DNA from: Laetmonice hystrix
Taxonomy: Eukaryota
Direction: 5' to 3'
Assembly (NCBI GenBank): GCA_965235115.1
Contig: OZ249436.1
Span: 12,092,001 to 12,156,000 of the forward strand
DNA: 64,000 bases
A model generated the notes under the pieces. The model was not told where the DNA came from, searched no databases, and was given only the letters and a program-made list of their open reading frames with translations. Shown here in pieces: positions 23,601 to 38,714 of the stretch (positions are counted from its first letter, which is position 1; each line of letters starts with the position of its first letter). The position numbers and the translations under genes were made by a program.

Positions 23601-26600
23601 GAACACTACAGTGAGGCCAAGCACTACAGTGAGGCTAAACAGCATACTATCGGGCCAAGCAGTGTGGGAGGCCAAACAATGCAGTGATACTCCCTACATC
23701 TTACGGCAACCCTAGTACCAAAGCAAAGAGTACAGTGAGGCAGTGGAAATGAAAGGTACAGAGGAGGAGCATCTAATGTTAAAATTTTGAGAAAATACTG
23801 AAATGTGAAGTATACATATCACAACCATTTCAGTATTTTCTCCAAAGCGAACGTACGAGACCTATACGGTTGACCGTTATACATCTGACCTAAGAATAAT
23901 AATTTTTGGGCCGTAGTTTCAATTTGACGTATCAAAAATGAAACCACTTTTCGCTTATAATTGCATTAACCTGTCTTTCGCCTAAGGGTCGCAGGTGCCT
24001 GCCAGCACGGCCAGGTATACGTGGTGATTCCACCGGTAGCCGGAAGGTGGCAGTGCAGTGGCAGCCGACGCTTCAGTACAGTACCCTGGTGTTTCCCTGC
24101 AACATCTCTGTAATCTTCTTTTAGTTGGGGATGGGATATCTGATATAAGAAAGGCGTACAAGGTCATTTGCATTGTTAATTAAACCTTTACGGCAAACAG
24201 CTATTTGGACTACCTGACAACGTTGTCGGGCGCTTACAGTTGGTCTGTAGGGGACAGACATTTGATGGGAGTAAATGATAGAGCAAACGTATGGCCTGCC
24301 TCCTGGACAATACAGGCATGGAAACATGAAACATGAAGCGTTCTTATACTACTGGCTACTGTCGTATAGAAGCAAACAGTACAGTGAGGCCAAAGAGTAC
24401 AGGGAGGGCAAAGAGTACTGTGAGGAATCCCTGCTAACCTAGTACCCAAGCGAACACTACAGTGAGGCCAAGCACTACAGTGAGGCTAAACAGCATACTG
24501 TCGGGCCAAGCAGTGTGGGAGGCCAAACAGTACAGTGATACTCCCTACATGTAACGGCAACCCTAGTACCAAAGCAAACAGTACAGTGAGTCAGTGAAAA
24601 TGAAAGGTACAGACGAGGAGCATCTAATGTTAAAATCTTTGAGAAAATACTGAAATGTGAAGTATACATATCACAACCATTTCAGTATTTTCTCCAAAGC
24701 GAACGTACGAGACCTATACGGTTGACCGTTATACATCTGACCTAAGAATAATAATTTTTGGGCCGTAGTTTCAATTTGACGTATCAAAAATGAAACCATT
24801 TTTCGCTTATAATTGCATTAACCTGTCTTTCGCCTAAGGGTCGTAGGTGCCTGCTAGCACGGCCAGGTATACGTGGTGATTCCACCGGTAGCCGGAAGGT
24901 GGCAGTGCAGTCGCAGCCGACGCTTTAGTACAGTACCCTGGTGTTTCCCTGCAACATCTCTGTAATCTTTTTTTTAGTTGGGGATGGGATATCTGATATA
25001 AGGAAGGCGGACAAGGTCATTTGCATTGTTAATTAAACATTTACGGCAAACAGCTATTTGGACTACCTGACAACGTTGTCGGGCGCTTACAGATGGTCTG
25101 TAGGGGACAGACATTTGATGGGAGTAAATGATAGACCAAACGTATGGCCTGCCTCCTGGACAATACAAGCATGGAAACATGAAACATGAAGTGTCCTTAT
25201 ACTACTGGCTACTGTCGTATAAAAGCAAACAGTACAGTGAGGCCAAAGAGTACAGGGAGGGCAAAGAGTACTGTGAGGAATCCCTGCTAACCTAGTACCC
25301 AAGCGAACACTACAGTGAGGCCGAGCGCTACAGTGAGGCTAAACAGCATACTGTCGGGCCAAGCAGTGTGGAAGGCCATACAGTACAGTGATACTCCCTA
25401 CATCTTACGGCAACCCTAGTACCAAAGCAAACAGTAGAGTGAGGCAGTGAAAATGAAAGGTACAGACGAGGAGCATCTAATGTTAAAATTTTGAGAAAAT
25501 ACTGAAATGTGAAGTATACATATCACAACCATTTCAGTATTTTCTCCAAAGCGAACGTACGAGACCTATACGGTTGACCGTTATACATCTGACCTAAGAA
25601 TAATAATTTTTGGGCCGTAGTTTCAATTTGACGTATCAAAAATGAAACCACTTTTCGCTTATAATTGCATTAACCTGTCTTTCGCCTAAGGGTCGCAGGT
25701 GCCTGCCAGCACGGCCAGGTATACGTGGTGATTCCACCGGTAGCCGGAAGGTGGCAGTGCAGTGGCAGCCGACGCTTCAGTACAGTACCCTGGTGTTTCC
25801 CTGCAACATCTCTGTAATCTTCTTTTAGTTGGGGATGGGATATCTGATATAAGAAAGGCGGACAAGGTCATTTGCATTGTTAATTAAACATTTACGGCAA
25901 ACAGCTATTTGGACTACCTGACAACGTTGTCGGGCGCTTACAGATGGTCTGTAGGGGACAGACATTTGATGGGAGTAAATGATAGACCAAACGTATGGCC
26001 TGCCTCCTGGACAATACAAGCATGGAAACATGAAACATGAAGCGTCCTTATACTACTGGCTACTGTCGTAAAAAAGCAAACAGTACAGTGAGGCCAAAGA
26101 GTACAGGGAGGGCAAAGAGTACTGTGAGGAATCCCTGCTAACCTAGTACCCAAGCGAACACTACAGTGAGGCCGAGCGCTACAGTGAGGCTAAACAGCAT
26201 ACTGTCGGGCCAAGCAGTGTGGGAGGCCAAACAGTACAGTGATACTCCCTACATCTTACGGCAACCCTAGTACCAAAGCAAACAGTAGAGTGAGGCAGTG
26301 AAAATGAAAGGTACAGACGAGGAGCATCTAATGTTAAAATTTTGAGAAAATACTGAAATGTGAAGTATACATATCACAACCATTTCAGTATTTTCTCCAA
26401 AGCGAACGTACGAGGCCTATACGGTTGACCGTTATACATCTGACCTAAGAATAATAATTTTTGGGCCGTAGTTTCAATTTGACGTATCAAAAATGAAACC
26501 ACTTTTCGCTTATAATTGCATTAACCTGTCTTTCGCCTAAGGGTCGCAGGTGCCTGCCAGCACGGCCAGGTATACGTGGTGATTCCACCGGTAGCCGGAA

Positions 26601-29600
26601 GGTGGCAGTGCAGTGGCAGCCGACGCTTCAGTACAGTACCCTGGTGTTTTCCTGCAACATCTCTGTAATCTTTTTTTTAGTTGGGGATGGGATATCTGAT
26701 ATAAGAAAGGCGTACAAGGTCATTTGCATTGTTAATTAAACCTTTACTGCAAACAGCTATTTGGACTACCTGACAACGTTGTCGGGCACTTACAGTTGGT
26801 CTGTAGGGGACAGACATTTGATGGGAGTAAATGATAGAGCAAACGTATGGCCTGCCTCCTGGACAATACAGGCATGGAAACATGAAACATGAAGCGTTCT
26901 TATACTACTGGCTACTGTCGTATAGAAGCAAACAGTACAGTGAGGCCAAAGAGTACAGGGAGGGCAAAGAGTACTGTGAGGAATCCCTGCTAACCTAGTA
27001 CCCAAGCGAACACTACAGTGAGGCCAAGCACTACAGTGAGGCTAAACAGCATACTGTCGGGCCAAACAGTGTGGGAGGCCAAACAGTACAGTGAGGACTC
27101 CCTACATCTTAGCGGCTGGCCTAGTACCAATGCAAACAGTACAGTGAGAAAGTGGAAATGAAAGGTACAGACGAGGAGCATCTAATGTTAAAATTTTGAG
27201 AATATACTGAAATGTGAAGTATACAGATCACAACCATTTCAGTATTTTCTCCAAAGCGAACGTACGAGACCTATGCGGTTGACCGTTATACATCTGGCCT
27301 AAGAATCATAATTTTGGGGCCGTAGTTTCAATTTGACGTATCAAAAATGTAGCCAATTTTCGCTTATAATTGCATTAACCTGTCTTTCGCCTAAGGGTCA
27401 CATGTGCCTGCCAGCCCGGCCAGGTATACGTGGTGATTCCACCGGTAGCCGGAAGGTGGCAGTGCAGTCGTAGCCGACGCTTCAGTACAGTACCCTGGTG
27501 TTTCCCTACAACATCTCTGTAATCTTTTTTTAGTTGGGGATGGGATATCTGATATAAGAAAGGCGTACAAGGTCATTTGCATTGTTAATTAAACCTTTAC
27601 GGCAAACAGCTATTTAGACTACCTGACAACGTTGTCGGGCGCTAACAGATGGTCTGTAGTGGACAGACATTAGATGGGAGTAAATGATAGACCAAACGTA
27701 TGGCCTGCCTCCTGGACAATACAGGCATGGAAACATGAAACATGAAGCGTCCTTATACTACTGGCTACTGTCGTATAGAAGCAAACAGTACAGTGAGGCA
27801 AAAGAGTACAGGGAGGGCAAAGAGTACTGTGAGGAATCCCTGCTAACCTAGTACCCAAGCGAAATCTACAGTGAGGCCAAGCACTACAGTGAGGCTAAAC
27901 AGCATACTATCGGGCCAAGCAGTGTGGGAGGCCAAACAATGCAGTGATACTCCCTACATCTTACGGCAACCCTAGTACCAAAGCAAAGAGTACAGTGAGG
28001 CAGTGGAAATGAAAGGTACAGAGGAGGAGCATCTACTGTTAAAATTTTGAGAAAATACTGAAATGTGAAGTATACATATCACAACCATTTCAGTATTTTC
28101 TCCAAAGCGAACGTACGAGACCTATACGGTTGACCGTTATACATCTGGCCTAAGATTAATAATTTTGGGCCGTAGTTTCAATTTGACGTATCAAAAATGT
28201 AGCCAATTTTCGCTTATAATTGCATTAACCTGTCTTTCGCCTAAGGGTCACATGTGCCTGCCAGCCCGGCCAGGTATACGTGGTGATTCCACCGGTAGCC
28301 GGAAGGTGGCAGTGCAGTCGCAGCCGACGCTTCAGTACAGTACCCTGGTGTTTCCCTGCAGCATCTCTGTAATCTTTTTTTAGTTGGGGATGGAATATCT
28401 GGTATAAGAAAGGCGTACAAGGTCATTTGCATTGTTAATTAAACCTTTACGGCAAACAGCTATTTAGACTACCTGACAACGTTGTCGGGCGCTAACAGAT
28501 GGTCTGTAGTGGACAGACATTAGATGGGAGTAAATCATAGACCAAACGTATGGCCTGCCTCCTGGACAATACAAGCATGGAAACATGAAACATGAAGCGT
28601 CCTTATACTACTGGCTACTGTCGTATAAAAGCAAACAGTACAGTGAAGCCAAAGAGTACAGGGAGGGCAAAGAGTACTGTGAGGAATCACTGCTAACCTA
28701 GTACCCAAGCGAACACTACAGTGAGGCCGAGCGCTACAGTGAGGCTAAACAGCATACTGTCGGGCCAAGCAGTGTGGGAGGCCAAACAGTACAGTGATAC
28801 TCCCTACATCTTACGGCAACCCTAGTACCAAAGCAAACAGTACAGTGAGGCAGTGGAAATGAAAGGTACAGACGAGGAGCATCTAATGTTAAAATTTTGA
28901 GAAAATACTGAAATGTGAAGTATACATATCACAACCATTTCAGTATTTTCTCCAAAGCGAACGTACGAGACCTATACGGTTGACCGTTATACATCTGACC
29001 TAAGAATAATAATTTTTGGGCCGTAGTTTCAATTTGACGTATCAAAAATGAAACCATTTTTCGCTTATAATTGCATTAACCTGTCTTTCGCCTAAGGGTC
29101 GTAGGTGCCTGCTAGCACGGCCAGGTATACGTGGTGATTCCACCGGTAGCCGGAAGGTGGCAGTGCAGTGGCAGCCGACGCTTCAGTACAGTACCCTGGT
29201 GTTTCCCTGCAACATCTCTGTAATCTTTTTTTTGGTTGGGGATGGGATATCTGATATAAGAAAGGCGGACAAGGTCATTTGCATTGTTAATTAAACATTT
29301 ACGGCAAACAGCTATTTGGACTACCTGACAACGTTGTCGGGCGCTTACAGATGGTCTGTAGGGGACAGACATTTGATGGGAGTAAATGATAGACCAAACG
29401 TATGGCCTGCCTCCTGGACAATACAAGCATGGAAACATGAAACATGAAGCGTCCTTATACTACTGGCTACTGTCGTAAAAAAGCAAACAGTACAGTGAGG
29501 CCAAAGAGTACAGGGAGGGCAAAGAGTACTGTGAGGAATCCCTGCTAACCTAGTACCCAAGCGAACACTACAGTGAGGCCGAGCGCTACAGTGAGGCTAA

Positions 29601-32600
29601 ACAGCATACTGTCGGGCCAAGCAGTGTGGGAGGCCAAACAGTACAGTGATACTCCCTACATCTTACGGCAACCCTAGTACCAAAGCAAACAGTAGAGTGA
29701 GGCAGTGAAAATGAAAGGTACAGACGAGGAGCATCTAATGTTAAAATTTTGAGAAAATACTGAAATGTGAAGTATACATATCACAACCATTTCAGTATTT
29801 TCTCCAAAGCGAACGTACGAGGCCTATACGGTTGACCGTTATACATCTGACCTAAGAATAATAATTTTTGGGCCGTAGTTTCAATTTGACGTATCAAAAA
29901 TGAAACCACTTTTCGCTTATAATTGCATTAACCTGTCTTTCGCCTAAGGGTCGCAGGTGCCTGCCAGCACGGCCAGGTATACGTGGTGATTCCACCGGTA
30001 GCCGGAAGGTGGCAGTGCAGTGGCAGCCGACGCTTCAGTACAGTACCCTGGTGTTTTCCTGCAACATCTCTGTAATCTTTTTTTTAGTTGGGGATGGGAT
30101 ATCTGATATAAGAAAGGCGTACAAGGTCATTTGCATTGTTAATTAAACCTTTACTGCAAACAGCTATTTGGACTACCTGACAACGTTGTCGGGCGCTAAC
30201 AGATGGTCTGTAGTGGACAGACATTAGATGGGAGTAAATCATAGACCAAACGTATGGCCTGCCTCCTGGACAATACAAGCATGGAAACATGAAACATGAA
30301 GCGTCCTTATACTACTGGCTACTGTCGTATAAAAGCAAACAGTACAGTGAAGCCAAAGAGTACAGGGAGGGCAAAGAGTACTGTGAGGAATCCCTGCTAA
30401 CCTAGTACCCAAGCGAACACTACAGTGAGGCCGAGCGCTACAGTGAGGCTAAACAGCATACTGTCGGGCCAAGCAGTGTGGGAGGCCAAACAGTACAGTG
30501 ATACTCCCTACATCTTACGGCAACCCTAGTACCAAAGCAAACAGTAGAGTGAGGCAGTGAAAATGAAAGGTACAGACGAGGAGCATCTAATGTTAAAATT
30601 TTGAGAAAATACTGAAATGTGAAGTATACATATCACAACCATTTCAGTATTTTCTCCAAAGCGAACGTACGAGACCTATACGGTTGACCGTTATACATCT
30701 GACCTAAGAATAATAATTTTTGGGCCGTAGTTTCAATTTGACGTATCAAAAATGAAACCATTTTTCGCTTATAATTGCATTAACCTGTCTTTCGCCTAAG
30801 GGTCGTAGGTGCCTGCTAGCACGGCCAGGTATACGTGGTGATTCCACCGGTAGCCGGAAGGTGGCAGTGCAGTGGCAGCCGACGCTTCAGTACAGTACCC
30901 TGGTGTTTCCCTGCAACATCTCTGTAATCTTTTTTTTAGTTGGGGATGGGATATCTGATATAAGAAAGGCGGACAAGGTCATTTGCATTGTTAATTAAAC
31001 ATTTACGGCAAACAGCTATTTGGACTACCTGACAACGTTGTCGGGCGCTTACAGATGGTCTGTAGGGGACAGACATTTGATGGGAGTAAATGATAGACCA
31101 AACGTATGGCCTGCCTCCTGGACAATACAAGCATGGAAACATGAAACATGAAGCGTCCTTATACTACTGGCTACTGTCGTAAAAAAGCAAACAGTACAGT
31201 GAGGCCAAAGAGTACAGGGAGGGCAAAGAGTACTGTGAGGAATCCCTGCTAACCTAGTACCCAAGCGAACACTACAGTGAGGCCGAGCGCTACAGTGAGG
31301 CTAAACAGCATACTGTCGGGCCAAGCAGTGTGGGAGGCCAAACAGTACAGTGATACTCCCTACATCTTACGGCAACCCTAGTACCAAAGCAAACAGTAGA
31401 GTGAGGCAGTGAAAATGAAAGGTACAGACGAGGAGCATCTAATGTTAAAATTTTGAGAAAATACTGAAATGTGAAGTATACATATCACAACCATTTCAGT
31501 ATTTTCTCCAAAGCGAACGTACGAGGCCTATACGGTTGACCGTTATACATCTGACCTAAGAATAATAATTTTTGGGCCGTAGTTTCAATTTGACGTATCA
31601 AAAATGAAACCACTTTTCGCTTATAATTGCATTAACCTGTCTTTCGCCTAAGGGTCGCAGGTGCCTGCCAGCCCGGCCAGGTATACGTGGTGATTCCACC
31701 GGTAGCCGGAAGGTGGCAGTGCAGTGGCAGCCGACGCTTCAGTACAGTACCCTGGTGTTTTCCTGCAACATCTCTGTAATCTTTTTTTTAGTTGGGGATG
31801 GGATATCTGATATAAGAAAGGCGTACAAGGTCATTTGCATTGTTAATTAAACCTTTACGGCAAACAGCTATTTGGACTACCTGACAACGTTGTCGGGCAC
31901 TTACAGTTGGTCTGTAGGGGACAGACATTTGATGGGAGTAAATGATAGAGCAAACGTATGGCCTGCCTCCTGGACAATACAGGCATGGAAACATGAAACA
32001 TGAAGCGTTCTTATACTACTGGCTACTGTCGTATAGAAGCAAACAGTACAGTGAGGCCAAAGAGTACAGGGGGGCAAAGAGTACTGTGAGGAATCCCTGC
32101 TAACCTAGTACCCAAGCGAACACTACAGTGAGGCCAAGCACTACAGTGAGGCTAAACAGCATACTGTCGGGCCAAACAGTGTGGGAGGCCAAACAGTACA
32201 GTGAGGACTCCCTACATCTTACCGGCTGGCCTAGTACCAATGCAAACAGTACAGTGAGAAAGTGGAAATGAAAGGTACAGACGAGGAGCATCTAATGTTA
32301 AAATTTTGAGAATATACTGAAATGTGAAGTATACAGATCACAACCATTTCAGTATTTTCTCCAAAGCGAACGTACGAGACCTATGCGGTTGACCGTTATA
32401 CATCTGGCCTAAGAATCATAATTTTGGGGCCGTAGTTTCAATTTGACGTATCAAAAATGTAGCCAATTTTCGCTTATAATTGCATTAACCTGTCTTTCGC
32501 CTAAGGGTCACATGTGCCTGCCAGCCCGGCCAGGTATACGTGGTGATTCCACCGGTAGCCGGAAGGTGGCAGTGCAGTCGTAGCCGACGCTTCAGTACAG

Positions 32601-35600
32601 TACCCTGGCGTTTCCCTACAACATCTCTGTAATCTTTTTTTAGTTGGGGATGGGATATCTGATATAAGAAAGGCGTACAAGGTCATTTGCATTGTTAATT
32701 AAACCTTTACGGCAAACAGCTATTTAGACTACCTGACAACGTTGTCGGGCGCTAACAGATGGTCTGTAGTGGACAGACATTAGATGGGAGTAAATGATAG
32801 ACCAAACGTATGGCCTGCCTCCTGGACAATACAGGCATGGAAACATGAAACATGAAGCGTCCTTATACTACTGGCTACTGTCGTATAGAAGCAGACAGTA
32901 CAGTGAGGCCAAAGAGTACAGGGAGGGCAAAGAGTACTGTGAGGAATCCCTGCTAACCTAGTACCCAAGCGAAATCTACAGTGAGGCCAAGCACTACAGT
33001 GAGGCTAAACAGCATACTATCGGGCCAAGCAGTGTGGGAGGCCAAACAATGCAGTGATACTCCCTACATCTTACGGCAACCCTAGTACCAAAGCAAACAG
33101 TACAGTGAGTCAGTGAAAATGAAAGGTACAGACGAGGAGCATCTAATGTTAAAATCTTTGAGAAAATACTGAAATGTGAAGTATACATATCACAACCATT
33201 TCAGTATTTTCTCCAAAGCGAACGTACGAGACCTATACGGTTGACCGTTATACATCTGACCTAAGAATAATAATTTTTGGGCCGTAGTTTCAATTTGACG
33301 TATCAAAAATGAAACCATTTTTCGCTTATAATTGCATTAACCTGTCTTTCGCCTAAGGGTCGTAGGTGCCTGCTAGCACGGCCAGGTATACGTGGTGATT
33401 CCACCGGTAGCCGGAAGGTGGCAGTGCAGTCGCAGCCGACGCTTTAGTACAGTACCCTGGTGTTTCCCTGCAACATCTCTGTAATCTTTTTTTTAGTTGG
33501 GGATGGGATATCTGATATAAGAAAGGCGGACAAGGTCATTTGCATTGTTAATTAAACATTTACGGCAAACAGCTATTTGGACTACCTGACAACGTTGTCG
33601 GGCGCTTACAGATGGTCTGTAGGGGACAGACATTTGATGGGAGTAAATGATAGACCAAACGTATGGCCTGCCTCCTGGACAATACAAGCATGGAAACATG
33701 AAACATGAAGTGTCCTTATACTACTGGCTACTGTCGTATAAAAGCAAACAGTACAGTGAGGCCAAAGAGTACAGGGAGGGCAAAGAGTACTGTGAGGAAT
33801 CCCTGCTAACCTAGTACCCAAGCGAACACTACAGTGAGGCCGAGCGCTACAGTGAGGCTAAACAGCATACTGTCGGGCCAAGCAGTGTGGAAGGCCATAC
33901 AGTACAGTGATACTCCCTACATCTTACGGCAACCCTAGTACCAAAGCAAACAGTAGAGTGAGGCAGTGAAAATGAAAGGTACAGACGAGGAGCATCTAAT
34001 GTTAAAATTTTGAGAAAATACTGAAATGTGAAGTATACATATCACAACCATTTCAGTATTTTCTCCAAAGCGAACGTACGAGACCTATACGGTTGACCGT
34101 TATACATCTGACCTAAGAATAATAATTTTTGGGCCGTAGTTTCAATTTGACGTATCAAAAATGAAACCACTTTTCGCTTATAATTACATTAACCTGTCTT
34201 TCGCCTAAGGGTCGCAGGTGCCTGCCAGCACGGCCAGGTATACGTGGTGATTCCACCGGTAGCCGGAAGGTGGCAGTGCAGTGGCAGCCGACGCTTCAGT
34301 ACAGTACCCTGGTGTTTCCCTGCAACATCTCTGTAATCTTCTTTTAGTTGGGGATGGGATATCTGATATAAGAAAGGCGGACAAGGTCATTTGCATTGTT
34401 AATTAAACATTTACGGCAAACAGCTATTTGGACTACCTGACAACGTTGTCGGGCGCTTACAGATGGTCTGTAGGGGACAGACATTTGATGGGAGTAAATG
34501 ATAGACCAAACGTATGGCCTGCCTCCTGGACAATACAAGCATGGAAACATGAAACATGAAGCGTCCTTATACTACTGGCTACTGTCGTAAAAAAGCAAAC
34601 AGTACAGTGAGGCCAAAGAGTACAGGGAGGGCAAAGAGTACTGTGAGGAATCCCTGCTAACCTAGTACCCAAGCGAACACTACAGTGAGGCCGAGCGCTA
34701 CAGTGAGGCTAAACAGCATACTGTCAGGCCAAGCAGTGTGGGAGGCCAAACAGTACAGTGATACTCCCTACATCTTACGGCAACCCTAGTACCAAAGCAA
34801 ACAGTAGAGTGAGGCAGTGAAAATGAAAGGTACAGACGAGGAGCATCTAATGTTAAAATTTTGAGAAAATACTGAAATGTGAAGTATACATATCACAACC
34901 ATTTCAGTATTTTCTCCAAAGCGAACGTACGAGGCCTATACGGTTGACCGTTATACATCTGACCTAAGAATAATAATTTTTGGGCCGTAGTTTCAATTTG
35001 ACGTATCAAAAATGAAACCACTTTTCGCTTATAATTGCATTAACCTGTCTTTCGCCTAAGGGTCGCAGGTGCCTGCCAGCACGGCCAGGTATACGTGGTG
35101 ATTCCACCGGTAGCCGGAAGGTGGCAGTGCAGTGGCAGCCGACGCTTCAGTACAGTACCCTGGTGTTTTCCTGCAACATCTCTGTAATCTTTTTTTTAGT
35201 TGGGGATGGGATATCTGATATAAGAAAGGCGTACAAGGTCATTTGCATTGTTAATTAAACCTTTACGGCAAACAGCTATTTGGACTACCTGACAACGTTG
35301 TCGGGCACTTACAGTTGGTCTCTAGGGGACAGACATTTGATGGGAGTAAATGATAGAGCAAACGTATGGCCTGCCTCCTGGACAATACAGGCATGGAAAC
35401 ATGAAACATGAAGCGTTCTTATACTACTGGCTACTGTCGTATAGAAGCAAACAGTACAGTGAGGCCAAAGAGTACAGGGGGGGCAAAGAGTACTGTGAGG
35501 AATCCCTGCTAACCTAGTACCCAAGCGAACACTACAGTGAGGCCAAGCACTACAGTGAGGCTAAACAGCATACTGTCGGGCCAAACAGTGGGGGAGGCCA

Positions 35601-38600
35601 AACAGTACAGTGAGGACTCCCTACATCTTACCGGCTGGCCTAGTACCAATGCAAACAGTACAGTGAGAAAGTGGAAATGAAAGGTACAGACGAGGAGCAT
35701 CTAATGTTAAAATTTTGAGAATATACTGAAATGTGAAGTATACAGATCACAACCATTTCAGTATTTTCTCCTAAGCGAACGTACGAGACCTATGCGGTTG
35801 ACCGTTATACATCTGGCCTAAGAATCATAATTTTGGGGCCGTAGTTTCAATTGTGTAAAATCAAAAATGTAGCCAATTTTCGCTTATAATTGCATTAACC
35901 TGTCTTTCGCCTAAGGGTCACATGTGCCTGCCAGCCCGGCCAGGTATACGTGGTGATTCCACCGGTAGCCGGAAGGTGGCAGTGCAGTGGCAGCCGACGC
36001 TTCAGTACAGTACCCTGGTGTTTTCCTGCAACATCTCTGTAATCTTTTTTTTAGTTGGGGATGGGATATCTGATATAAGAAAGGCGTACAAGGTCATTTT
36101 CATTGTTAATTAAACCTTTACGGCAAACAGCTATTTGGACTACCTGACAACGTTGTCGGGCACTTACAGTTGGTCTGTAGGGGACAGACATTTGATGGGA
36201 GTAAATGATAGAGCAAACGTATGGCCTGCCTCCTGGACAATACAGGCATGGAAACATGAAACATGAAGCGTTCTTATACTACTGGCTACTGTCGTATAGA
36301 AGCAAACAGTACAGTGAGGCCAAAGAGTACATGGAGGGCAAAGAGTACTGTGAGGAATCCCTGCTAACCTAGTACCCAAGCGAACACTACAGTGAGGCCA
36401 AGCACTACAGTAAGGCTAAACAGCATACTGTCGGGCCAAGCAGTGTGGGAGGCCAAACAGTACAGTGAGGACTCCCTACATCTTAGCGGCTGGCCTAGTA
36501 CCAATGCAAACAGTACAGTGAGAAAGTGGAAATGAAAGGTACAGACGAGGAGCATCTAATGTTAAAATTTTGAGAAAATACTGAAATGTGAAGTATACAG
36601 ATCACAACCATTTCAGTATTTTCTCCAAAGCGAACGTACGAGACCTATACGGTTGACCGTTATACATCTGGCCTAAGAATCATAATTTTGGGGCCGTAGT
36701 TTCAATTTGACGTATCAAAAATGTAGCCAATTTTCGCTTATAATTGCATTAACCTGTCTTTCGCCTAAGGGTCACATGTGCCTGCCAGCCCGGCCAGGTA
36801 TACGTGGTGATTCCACCGGTAGCCGGAAGGTGGCAGTGCAGTCGTAGCCGACGCTTCAGTACAGTACCCTGGTGTTTCCCTACAACATCTCTGTAATCTT
36901 TTTTTAGTTGGGGATGGGATATCTGATATAAGAAAGGCGTACAAGGTCATTTGCATTGTTAATTAAACCTTTACGGCAAACAGCTATTTGGACTACCTGA
37001 CAACGTTGTCGGGCGCTTACAGATGGTCTGTAGGGGACAGACATATTAGATGGGAGTAAATGATAGAGCAAACGTATGGCCTGCCTCCTGGACAATACAG
37101 GCATGGAAACATGAAACATGAAGCGTCCTTATACTACTGGCTACTGTCGTATAGAAGCAAACAGTACAGTGAGGCCAAAGAGTACAGGGAGGGCAAAGAG
37201 TACTGTGAGGAATCCCTGCTAACCTAGTACCCAAGCGAACACTACAGTGAGGCCAAGCACTACAGTGAGGCTAAACAGCATACTATCGGGCCAAGCAGTG
37301 TGGGAGGCCAAACAATGCAGTGATACTCCCTACATCTTACGGCAACCCTAGTACCAAAGCAAAGAGTACAGTGAGGCAGTGGAAATGAAAGGTACAGAGG
37401 AGGAGCATCTAATGTTAAAATTTTGAGAAAATACTGAAATGTGAAGTATACATATCACAACCATTTCAGTATTTTCTCCAAAGCGAACGTACGAGACCTA
37501 TACGGTTGACCGTTATACATCTGACCTAAGAATAATAATTTTTGGGCCGTAGTTTCAATTTGACGTATCAAAAATGAAACCACTTTTCGCTTATAATTGC
37601 ATTAACCTGTCTTTCGCCTAAGGGTCGCAGGTGCCTGCCAGCACGGCCAGGTATACGTGGTGATTCCACCGGTAGCCGGAAGGTGGCAGTGCAGTGGCAG
37701 CCGACGCTTCAGTACAGTACCCTGGTGTTTCCCTGCAACATCTCTGTAATCTTCTTTTAGTTGGGGATGGGATATCTGATATAAGAAAGGCGTACAAGGT
37801 CATTTGCATTGTTAATTAAACCTTTACGGCAAACAGCTATTTGGACTACCTGACAACGTTGTCGGGCGCTTACAGTTGGTCTGTAGGGGACAGACATTTG
37901 ATGGGAGTAAATGATAGAGCAAACGTATGGCCTGCCTCCTGGACAATACAGGCATGGAAACATGAAACATGAAGCGTTCTTATACTACTGGCTACTGTCG
38001 TATAGAAGCAAACAGTACAGTGAGGCCAAAGAGTACAGGGAGGGCAAAGAGTACTGTGAGGAATCCCTGCTAACCTAGTACCCAAGCGAACACTACAGTG
38101 AGGCCAAGCACTACAGTGAGGCTAAACAGCATACTGTCGGGCCAAGCAGTGTGGGAGGCCAAACAGTACAGTGATACTCCCTACATGTAACGGCAACCCT
38201 AGTACCAAAGCAAACAGTACAGTGAGTCAGTGAAAATGAAAGGTACAGACGAGGAGCATCTAATGTTAAAATCTTTGAGAAAATACTGAAATGTGAAGTA
38301 TACATATCACAACCATTTCAGTATTTTCTCCAAAGCGAACGTACGAGACCTATACGGTTGACCGTTATACATCTGACCTAAGAATAATAATTTTTGGGCC
38401 GTAGTTTCAATTTGACGTATCAAAAATGAAACCATTTTTCGCTTATAATTGCATTAACCTGTCTTTCGCCTAAGGGTCGTAGGTGCCTGCTAGCACGGCC
38501 AGGTATACGTGGTGATTCCACCGGTAGCCGGAAGGTGGCAGTGCAGTCGCAGCCGACGCTTTAGTACAGTACCCTGGTGTTTCCCTGCAACATCTCTGTA

Positions 38601-38608
38601 ATCTTTTT

Positions 38609-38681
38609 ATCCCATCCCCTACAGGGGGATGGGATCTTCAGATTGTACGGTTTCGTCTTCCCTATTATTATTCTTTGCGTC

Positions 38682-38714
<33 letters not shown>

